From Girardia tigrina (lineage: Eukaryota), in the NCBI GenBank assembly GCA_001938485.1, contig MQRK01228804.1:2910-63110 (forward strand): DNA of 60,201 nt. The letters are read 5' to 3'. Below, one piece after another: positions 13,087 to 25,000 of the stretch. How positions within the stretch are numbered: position 1 is the first letter of the stretch; every line of letters begins with the position of its first letter. The notes below the pieces were generated by a model that worked only from the letters and a program-made list of their open reading frames with translations, ran no database searches and had not been told where the DNA came from. Made by a program: the position numbers and the translations under genes.

Positions 13087-16000
13087 CTGCAAAACCATAA
13101 TAATTGATTTCTTTAAAATTCAATAATATAAAAGACAAAAAAATTTAATATTTCATATCGAATTTTTTTTCTTTTAATTACAAAAAAAAACACTTTATAT
13201 TTTATTTTATATTTTATCTTCGAAAAAAATAAATAAATAATATAAATATAAAATTTATATACGTTGATTTTTATTGATTTACTTATTTTATCTTTTCTAA
13301 AAAAATGGAAACAATGAAAATTATTTCCAAACACAAAAAGAATTTTATATTTTTTAAAAAATAGAATATCTAACGTACAAGTTTTTTCCATTGTTTCTTC
13401 AGCATTCGCTAATGCATGTATACGTTTCTGTACAAATTCAATCAGTTCATTCAGTTCTTCAATAGTCAACATTCTCGAATCAGCCAATAAATGTAAATAG
13501 TAGATTGTTTTATCGTCCGGAGCAATGAAACCTGGCGGCATTCGCGACGGATCGAATGTCGGCTTGGGAGCGATTGATTTAAGATCACGTACACGTTTTT
13601 GGTAGCTTTCAAAATTACGGGCAACAAAAGATAGAGCATTATTTAATGGCATGTTTCGATGCTCTGGAAAATGATAATTGTTAATATATTGTGAGTAATG
13701 ATTTAAAAATATGACTATCCGAGATCACCAGACTAAATGAAGTTGAATACTTTAATAATTGGTGAGAAGAATATCAATTATAAAAATACTGAAATGAAAA
13801 GCAGAGGGATTTCATATAAACAAGAATATGGCAATGATAAAGATAGAATGGATATATTAATATATAAAAAACAATTTTTAAGAACTTTAATTTTATACAG
13901 ACAACGTGAAAATAATTCCTTCTCGTCATTTTGTTGTCATTCTGTCGATATATTGAATCATGAATTATAACATAAAAAATTTTGTTTTCTATATTTATTA
14001 ACTTGAAACTCATTTTAATAAAATTACAATAAATAATAAAAGATAAAAAGTACAATATAATAATAATACCCCTACTCCGAGGGATAAAAAAATTAATTAT
14101 AAAACATGGCGAAAATAATTTATTGAATTTGAAAATTAACTAGATCATGTAAGTTTATTCAGCAGTAAATCTATCACTCACGCTGGTTTATGTTCAAATG
14201 TAGTTGATCAGTATTAACGTAATGGGAGTGACGCTACATACCTCGAAGAGACTTATCACTAACTCTGTAAACAGATTGAGGAACAAAATCAAAGGGAAAA
14301 TGATAGTAATATTTCTTCAGTGTATAAAGAACTGGTCGAATAGTAATGAAAAGAATAGGATTTCAGGTTCACAATTTAATAATTAATGGAAGAGTGATGT
14401 TTGATGCACTGATGATCCGATCCTTATATCCAAAAATCAATATGTAAACATCATCTTCGACTTTATTAAATGTATTTTTATGATTTAGAAATTACATAAT
14501 TATTGTATAAACACTACTTGATGATATAAGTGCGAATATGTCATTTAGTCTGATGATTACGGTTGTACCATCGAAATTATTAATAATATATTGTGATCAA
14601 TCTTTTTTGAGTTTTAAAAACAATTTATCATCATTTTGAAATATTTATATGAACATAAAAAATGCTTATTTTACAAAACAACGCTTATATTGTCATTGGT
14701 TCTTCATTGGAAAACTGCAGAGATCACCAAGATCTACTAAAATTTTCACGGGGCCAAAATTTGTGGGATTTTCTGCGTATGATGTGAGGGCGATAATTAG
14801 GTCCCATGATTTACCGCGGCCAGCGGAATTCTATGCCTTCTATTTTTTATTTTTCTTGTATTATCATTATTTTGTAATATTATCATTTGGTTGTATAAGT
14901 TTCCAGGGCGACACACAACATGCTGCGGTATGCCGAATAATTTGTCGTTACTTGACGCGGTAAATCGTGTGACCTAGTAATAATCCATTTTGACAGTTCG
15001 ACTTTGAATAGTAGCAATTTGATTGCTTTTTCAAAGCCACAGTCTATCGGGGTGGTCCAGATGTATTATCGCATTACCAAAACTATTCAAACCAACTCAA
15101 AAAAATTTAACCAAAGAGTTAGCCGTTGATCAGAGTCAGCTAGCTCAGTTGTCGGAGCCCTTATTAAACGATCGAGAAGTTGTTTCTGGCCATTGAATAA
15201 TTAAAGGGTGCGAGAAATGTAATCCTTAGGACAATGATATAATCCAAACAATTATTTATTAGGACAAATACGAAAAATAATAATCTTCAGACATTTGCGA
15301 AACAAGTCAACTCAATCTAAGCATGGGAAGTCGGTGAAATATAAATTTGATAAATCGTAGAAAATTAACATTCAAAAATAATTAAAATTTCTCTTTAATC
15401 GAATATAACTAATTATTTCCACACTTATATTAACTCACATCATCAATTTGTCTATGGGTTACAATGTCATGTTAATAGCGATTCATTCGTATTGTAAAAA
15501 TAAGTCTCAGACCCGAGTCAGGATTTGAAGATGGATTTTTAAAATAAAAGATTTAAATTTCAGTTGATTTCCATTCTTTGTTGTTTATCCACCAATGATA
15601 ATGCGAGACACAAATTAATATAATATAAATACAATTTAAATTTATTCGATATTTATATTGTTCGCATGGATTACGAAATAATTCAAAGTCGATTATCTTG
15701 TTATTTATTATATTATCTGATGAATTTTAATCTAAAGTTCATCAGATACGAATATAACAAAGTGATATCAATAAATAACTAGTAGATAGAGAAACTTCAA
15801 ATAATTTTAACTGGTAAATCGATTTTTAAAATTAAATGCTTTACTAGTTGAAAAAATCGCGATAATTCACTCATAACAAGCTTCTCGAAAACCATTCAAC
15901 AGTCAATAAAAACAATAAATTATATAATTAATATCAGAAAATAGAATTTTATACACAGAATTGCGACCTAAAGGAAAATAAATGTCCCACAAAATAAGAT

Positions 16001-19000
16001 TACCTTGAGGAGTTCCATAGAGAATCCGAAGAGTACAACTGAAATGTTTCTCATTCAGCCCATTAACAAGGAAAGCGTACAGTACTCCTTTATTATTCAA
16101 ATCTTCAACACAAGCGTTAGCGTGTGATTCCTCTTTAAGAACGATAATGTGAGTTGTCAGTGCAATCTGGCGTTGAAGACGCGACTCGATTGTTTCAGCG
16201 TAATTCAACAATTCACTAGACATGACAATAATAGCCGCATCGAATCCCGGACGGTCTGAAGCAATTTTATCCGTGAATGGAGGTGAATTCCATTTCGGTT
16301 CTTGAACATCTTTTGGAATAATAGGATAATCCTGTCTGGAAAGAAGAGGCCCAAATAATAAGTGATCGCGAAGACTTATTGACAGACCTAGAGCGATTAT
16401 CCTCAGCACTGCTTCGAGATCTTTCATATTTTCTAAAATCTGGCGAATTGTGTCGATCTAAATGTTAATCAACGACTTAAATAAGTTTTACTAAAGTGGA
16501 TAATTTGGAATAAAGACTTGGATATGATATTAAATGTCGATCTAAGTTAAAATTTATCGGTTTAATTTAAAAGGATAATGGTGTTTTTAATTTAAATATT
16601 TGGATTTGGTTAGAATAAAAAGATGAAAACTTTTATCTTAGACTAATATTTATCTGTCAATCCACATTGAATTTAAAACTTTTTCAGCTTTTATTTTTTA
16701 CTGAGATATTATATATTTAAGATTTCATGAAAAGTAAAACATGTACCATAACGAAAATTCGAAAAATAGTTTTATTTTGTTTTATTATATCGGAAAATTT
16801 TACATAATGAACTTGATTGTAATAAAACAATTTTAAAGATCCTTTACATTTTAATATAGAAATATTCCAATGTATAAAGTGCTATTGACTCTAATTATAA
16901 TGAATTTTTTATAATAAAATATTTCTATTAAGAACGAGAGAATATAGAAATGGATATTTAAGGTCATTATTATGTCAAATCTTCTTTAATGTTACTTTTT
17001 TGTAATTTAAATAATGTAATGTGCAAAATAAACAGATAGCAAATTATTCGTGTGAGGAATACTGGAATGTTTGATGTTGTTTGTTAATTTGGGATTGTAT
17101 GTCCTATACAAATGATAGGTTAACATATTAATTTTTATCTGAAACTAATTTGATTTAAATTAAGATTTAATACATAAATGTTTTTTAACCCTTTGAACGC
17201 GTAAATCGACTACAGTCGCCCGGATTTAATGTTTAATAATGTTTAACGCGTTCAAATGGTTAAATTAAAAGCATTATAAAATGTTGAATGATTGGATTAA
17301 TTTTCTTTTAAATTCTTAGAATAAACCAAATTAATATTTTAAAATAAATATTTATTTTAATTTTTACCAATTCACATTAAATAATTTAAATCTTTTCATG
17401 CGTCAAATTGGTTCAGTTATTCGAATAAAACGTAGTACCGTATTTTCACGCATATAACCCACACAATTTTTTCCTCGAAACAAGCATTTGAAGTAGATAA
17501 AATCACACATTAACCGTTGGTTATCATCGCAAAATGTTCGTTTTTCTCGTGTAAATTATTTTTAGTATATTTAACCCACTTTTATAACCTGCACATGATG
17601 TGCGTCGTTGATAAAATCACACAAGATCCGCGGGTTATATACGTGAAAATCCGTTAATTTTTTTTTTAACTTTTTGATGTCGATAACTGAAAGCCCAACT
17701 ATGGATAGTCTCAAGGATAATCAAAATTGTGTCTAATAAAAATTATTATCGATGTGAATTCTTAACAATTCGAATAATTCTAGAATTCCTTTAGAAGTTT
17801 GTTTTCTAATCGGTTAGTTTGAGCTCTGAAATTATTCTGGTAACACAGTAGCATTATGTTTTTTATCGGATTGAAAAAGTCTATAGGTGTAAAATAAATC
17901 ATTCAATCAATATGATAAAAATTATTTTTATAAGTATTATTTTTATTTTTTTATAGTATAAGTAACCGTATTTGATGTGAGGAAAAATATCTGATATGTC
18001 AAGTTCGAAAAGAATTCCAAAGAATTAATAATTTCTTTAATTATATTTTTTATAACTAGATTTTTCAGTAGTGATAAAAATATTCTAAAGTAACAATGAA
18101 AAAGAATATGAAGATGATATTTTGACAACCACCTACGTATTTTATAAACCGTTCTCGATGCCGAAATTAAGCAATATATTATCTCAATTGATATTAGCAG
18201 CAAATTATTGTTTCATCGAGTTTAAATATTTAAATGTAACGTTATATGTAGTGAAGCGTAAATCAATTTGAATTGGTAACATTCAAAAAAAGTTAAAAGT
18301 ACGTGTTGTTAAATAGCGATAAAATTCAAAATATTTAATTCAATTTAAGATATTGAGCGTTGAAAAAATTCTTATTATAATGATTGTATTTAATTATACA
18401 CCAACCGAAAATAGATGTAGTGTTAAAAAAAATGTAAAGCGGACATCGTAACTATTTTTAAAGTTTACTTTACATCATAGCAAATTTATTTTGCTTATTT
18501 TATTACGGACATCAAATAAAAAACAAGCACTAGAAGATTATGATTGAAGGAAGAGTGGAAGGAGAAAGACTTAGAAGAAAACCAAATGAGACAATGGACA
18601 GACGACTTACAAGAATGGAGTGTATTAAACATGGAAGGTCCGAGAAAAGAGGCTACAAATAGAGAGATGTGGAGAATGCTTGTGGAAATTGGGTGCACCC
18701 ACGGCCCATCGGCTAAGGTTTAGATTAACCTATCTTACAGATTAACCACGTCCTTTCGAGGAGTCGCTGCAGTACCTCTGCAATTTAGCATTTTTATCAT
18801 AGCTTAACCGACAAACCAACAAACTAATATTTTAGACAATTATTATGAATTATTTTAATTTAATTAATTTATTATTAATAAGTATTTATTCATACGTTTT
18901 TATTTAATTATTATTTATTAATTATTTTAAAATTTTACTTGTAATAAATTATTATATTATTTTTTTTTAATTCTCAGTAGATTATCAAGCGTGAGACACA

Positions 19001-22000
19001 AACAAACGTGCATTAATTATTTTATATTCGTGGTCGTTTATAATTTTTCATTTATTAATTGTTCATATTTAATAACCAACGAGAAAATTAAAGAAATGGC
19101 TTTTGGTGAAATGATTAAAATGAATTAACGAGAAGAAATTTGTGTATAATGTTCATTAAAATTTGTGTGAAATTAAGATTTCTAAATCTGAATCAAGCAT
19201 CATTGAAGATGATATCAATGCAACTATCAAATATATTGACGATGCCAAAGCGGCATGAAAAAACAATAAATTATTCCATTGACAAGTTATAAATTGTGGC
19301 TTTTCTAATCGAGAACTGGTGTACAATAATGATAGATATAGATTTTCAGAGATTCATAGTCGGGTCCCGAAGAAACTGTAAATAAATTAAAATGGATAGA
19401 ATGAATCATTCTTCCTATAAGTAGAAAAAAAAAGTGTGAAAGCGACTTATGTTTCATCCTCATTCAATTTGTCAATATCGATTACTTTAGTCTCCTTAGA
19501 TGAAATGAAAAATGAATTTTTAATGTTATTACCGATTAGATTTATCATTAGAATCAATAAACAATACCTTTGTAATACCGATCCCTATCGATGGGGGATC
19601 TGTCTCGCATTGATTCTCGATACGGAGACATTTCGCGCGATTCCCTCTCGTACGGCAATTGTCTGGAAAAAAATCAATTCAATTCAAGTTCGTTAAATAA
19701 TCGTGCAGTTATCGAGATCCATTGATTTAAATCAATCGCAAATGACTAGTTCGTTTACATTTAGTATCTAATGAAAATTGCAAATAAGGATTAGAGAATA
19801 TTGGATCAATTTAATTTTGTGACGGATTCGATTTTATTATAAGTAGGGCGGGCAAAAGTCAAAGATGAAAATGGTATCATGAGGTAGAAATAGTTTTAGA
19901 AGCCCAAAAGTACTCATAAATATGTACAAGGATGCTCCTCCACAAAGTTAATAGGTCAAAAAATGTCAAAAAAATTCGTTAGGTCAAAATAAGAAAATAT
20001 GTCAAAAATGTCAATTAAAAAAACGTTTTAACTCTAAAAAAAGTATTAAAGATTTAGAAAACATTGTTTTGTAATATTCAATAAGTTTTTTTCTGTTTTA
20101 AATTGTTCTAGGTTATCTTAATTGTATTTCTTCTTTATTCATTATCATTGTTCTGAAGACAATTATTGTATTCAAAACTGGTTCATGTAACCTGCGGACC
20201 TTATTTACTGCACAATTTTGGAATACAAGTGAAGACAAAATATGCAGCCGTATACAACTTGATTGCCACCGTCAAAGCCCTGACAGTAAAGAACCATGAA
20301 CGACGACACCTATTTAAAATTATTGGACAATCATCTCAGTCGGTTGTCAGATGGACCACATGGTTGCATGCAGCTTTCTACTACGCGGAGTATTTAATAA
20401 CAGTTCGACAGATTGTTAATTCTACTGAATGCAAAGAGCGCCTTCTTGCTCACGCCAAAAATGCGGTCTCAAGTTTTACTCTTTCTAAAAACTTTATCAA
20501 CATTTTACAAATCGCTTGCACACTTTGTAGAATGTTTCGAGTCTCCAACCTATCATATAGGTCAGGCAGTTAAAGACCAAAAAAATATTTCATGTTTAGC
20601 TGGATCCGTGTGCCATTAGAAAAAACTGGGATAAACGTTTTGACAGTAGTGAAATTATGGACAAACTGAAGATGGCGAGAAACGATGTGTCCCCTGACTT
20701 TTATACTTTACTGCATGAAGTGCAGCGAACAAGTGCTGCGATAGAAAGGAGGTTTTCCATTCTGAAAAGAATTTTGCGAGAATTTTGAAATTGAGAAAAA
20801 TCAGATTTATTTGGCGGTTAAGAGGAATTGTACTGTATATCGATGGGAACAATTTAACTATAACTACGTCTTGTACAATCACTATCAGGAGTTAGTTAAT
20901 TTTTAGTTCACTGATCGAAATTTAAAATTAACACTTAGGATGATACTTAAATATTTAAAATTTGAAAATATTCTTTATAAATTCATTTGAATTAAACTAT
21001 TTGAGTGTTGTTCCGTACAGGCCCAAGCAAAAATAAAAATATGACAATATGTAAAATATTATCAGTATTCCAGGAAAAATATTTTTAAATTGAAAAATAT
21101 TCAAAAAAGTAAAAAATATTCTAAAGTAACCAAATCTAAAGGAAAAATATATGTATTGATTCTGTAAAATTTTAGACTTATTTTATAAAATATTTAATAA
21201 CGATTTCAGTATTTAATAAATGTTTAAAAAAAATTAATATTTTTCCACATATGTCTAATACATTTTTATATTTAATACATTTTAAATTTAAAATTGAATA
21301 TTTTTTGGAATTTTTTCATCAATTTAAATTATTTTCAAATAAATTTTCTATGGAAAAATAAGAAATAAAAAATAATTTTAAAAAATGAAACAAAACAAAT
21401 TTAATTTAAAATTTTAGGTTACTTAAAAAAATTAAATATTTTTTTTGAATTTTTAAAATATTTTTCCAGGTATACCGATAATAATTTACATACTGTCATA
21501 ATTTAATTATTGGTTGAGTCCGGACGAAACTACACCCCAAATTTGAATTCTATTAAAAAAATTTATTAATATTTGTAAAAATTTATTTTTTTTAAATTTA
21601 AATTAAATTTAGGAAATGATTAAAAAAATTAAATATTTAAAATATAAAAAATTGAATATTAAATATATAGAAGATATTTTCAAAAATAGTAAAAATATTT
21701 TTTTGAAAAACGAAAAATTAAGAACAGCATAAAATATTTCATTTGAAAAACAAAATTATAAAAAAAATTACAATTTTAAAAGTTCAATATTTTCATAAAA
21801 ATTTGAAAATTAAATAATATTTTGATTGGATTAAAATTATAAAATGAAACATTATTAATAAATAGAGATCGGTGAATTGATTATTAAATTAAGAAAATCG
21901 TTGAAAATTTGTATAATAAATGTATAAATTGAGTAAAAATGATATGTGAAATTCATGTACATTATCTTCATTTAAATTGTCTCAATTGTTTCACATTTAT

Positions 22001-25000
22001 TAGCAATTTTTTCGTTAGTTATTTTTAAGAAGTAATAAAATTTACTACAAATTAATGTTAGTTTATTCTAAACAAAATGCAAAAAATAATGGGTACGCGA
22101 CTTTTTGGTGCTGAATTTTATATTTAATTTTTGTTTATTTAATAAAATTGGCAACCGGTCTTTTTGGCGCAGAATTTTTTTGAAAGAATTTATAGAAGAT
22201 ATAGAGAATTTTTTAATTAAATTAATTAAATATGAAATCTTTAAAAAATAAAGAAAATTCATGTTTGAAATAATTTAATTAGTTCTTATAAAGATTGTAA
22301 TGTAAGTATAATTTTTGTGAGTATTGTGAGATACACCCAACTCTTTTTACAAGATTTTTTTGCACGGTCAACTAATGAACGTATCTACGGTGCAAAAAAA
22401 GAGTTGGGTGTATATTTAACAAAATTTATGGAAATTATTAATTAGCTTTTTGACTAACTGTTTAAATAATAAATAACTGTTTATAACTAAAAACTATTGA
22501 TTTCTGAAGAATTATTGTGTTTTTTAAAGATATTTATAGCTTATTGTTTTTGTCACGTAACTTAGGATGCTGGAATTTTTTATATTTTATTACAATATTT
22601 TATAAATAATTTTAATTTTATTTTATATATATTAAATGTACTTTTGTTTATGATAACCAAATTTATAATGGCTTTAAAAATTATTTATTTTAAAAAATTC
22701 AGCTGTAAAAAATTTCAAAGTTAAAATATATTGTTTATATACAGGGTGTCCCAAAAATATGTATACACATTAAAAATTTAATTTTATTGATTAAAAAAGT
22801 AAAAATAAGTACGAGTAATATTTATTTATATTGAATCTACAAAAAACCTATTTATGTTAAAAAAACTATTTATATTAAATATAATGAAAGTTAAACATAA
22901 ATAAAATTCAATAAAATTAAATTTTTAATGTGTATACATATTTTTGGGACACCCTGTATATACTGAAGTCCATTTATTAATAACGAGAATTCATTTATTA
23001 ATAAATATTAAAAATTATTTTATGTTTTAATCATAAAATAATTATTCGATATAAAATCTATCGAAATAAATATAAATTATGGAAGAAAACTAAGAAAGAT
23101 TCGTGCGAATTTATCTCAATCTAAACGGTTTGTATCCAGTAAATCCGTTTCAAGAAGAATTCCTTATCCAAAGTAAATCTAAACCGAAAGACAAGACAGT
23201 ACTCGACTGGTCTCAATGTCGCTTACCCCAACAGAGAATTCGGAACGGCGCAATTGTCTGCTTGCCGGAACCGCCTTTCCCTTCGTACAGTCGTAATGTT
23301 GCACTCCTTCGTTGTCTGCCTTTGGTAGCCGGAAAAAATATCATGAACTGAATAGAAAAAGACCGGTTAGAGAATCCGGACCAGAAATTCCTTTTCATTA
23401 AAGCCAAATGTGAGCATTATTCAGTCCAGAAATAATGAATCGAGTGATTTCTAGAATGGTCTATTCGATCAGAGATAACATCCCGGATTCTCGACAATGG
23501 AGATTCGATAATAGAGGCTATCAATTGTACTAAAATGGCTTTTGAAACTTGTGTTTCAATGAAAATAAATATATTTTTAATTACTTTTTTTTCTTAACGT
23601 TTTGTTAATAACAAGATATTTCACGTGGAAAACTTACAATTTTTGGGTTTTTTCACTTTACCTGGGCTGATATGAACCGCCAGTTCGGTTCTTAAGCTGG
23701 AAGCTGTGTATAAATTTGATATATCCTCAAACATATTCAAAAGTTAAATATAAAGATGTTTAATTTTTATATTATTAAATGGACATTTTATTATTAAATT
23801 TAACATAAAATCATGCGTGTTTGTGGTTTTGTATGTGTGTATTTGTGTGTCGAGTATGTGTGTTTTACAGCACAGCATGTTTTTCTATAGTTAAGCTTAT
23901 TACAGTGGGGTCCATTCGTTAATAACAAGTATCCATTAGTTAATAGCGAAACTTTTTATATCGTGGATTTTTTGGATCTACATTTATTACTAATGGAAGG
24001 TAAATATTTTTATGATATATGTTAATTAATATAATAATAATTTATATAATAAATAATATTTTTTTAGACATTTGTTAATTTAAATATTTTTTTATTCATT
24101 TGCATTTTTCCATTAAATTATCTAAATTATGCTTTATATTTAAAATTATAATATTTATGAAATTTTTGAAATATTTTTTTCAGTGTAGAACTTTTTTAAT
24201 TGAAAAAAAAAATCAATTTCTAAAAATATTTATTGATTTTTTAATTAAATTTAATGTATTTTTTTACTTTGGTAATTGTTAAAAGAAATTTATGAAAAAT
24301 ATGATTGATTTTTGTAATTTAAAATAAATTTATTAAAATATTTTGATTAAAAATTTTATTAAAAACTTAATTGAAAAATTTATGAAATTTGTATGTTTTT
24401 TCATAAATTTTTCAATTAAGTTTTTAATAAAATTTTTANTCAAAATATTTTAATAAATTTATTTTAAATTACAAAAATCAATCATATTTTTCAAAAATTT
24501 CTTTTAACAATTACTAAAGTAAAAAATACATTAAATTTAATTAAAAATTTTATATTGTTAAATGGACATTATATTATCAAATGGTCCTAATATAACGTGT
24601 GTATAGGTATGTATGAATGTGTGTTAAGGGGTAGAAAATATTTTTTCATATATTTTCTATTCTCAAGTGGTATTTTATTATCAAATGGACATTTGAGTAA
24701 GTATGTTTGTTACATTAACATTTTGATTGGTTAAATTGTATATTTCTTTCAATTTTAGATATGGATTTATTATCAAATGGACTTCTTATATAATTAAATG
24801 GACCTCACTGCATTAACTGGATGTTTTTATTATTAAATGGACATCTTGTCTTTATTTTCTGTCATTTCATTGGCTAATCCTTTTATTTTTTATTTTTAGA
24901 TTATATAAATTATTATTAAGTGGACATCTCATATTATTAAATGGATTTACCAGTATATATATAAATATCATTTAAAGAAATTCAAAAAAATCTGCGCCAA

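Noticed and set aside
15135-15190. tRNA gene (TAGCTCAGTTG A-box)
   Set aside because: No B-box or cloverleaf; at most a SINE head remnant.
15903-16427. 174-aa ORF as a standalone gene
   Set aside because: It is NCOA5 exon 5 extended into introns and an alternate frame of exon 4.
19436-19696. 86-aa plus-strand ORF
   Set aside because: Antisense shadow of NCOA5 exon 3.
23079-23532. Stop-codon reassignment suggested by in-frame TGA/TAA
   Set aside because: NCOA5 reads cleanly in the standard code and ends in TAA; ordinary pseudogene decay explains the stops.
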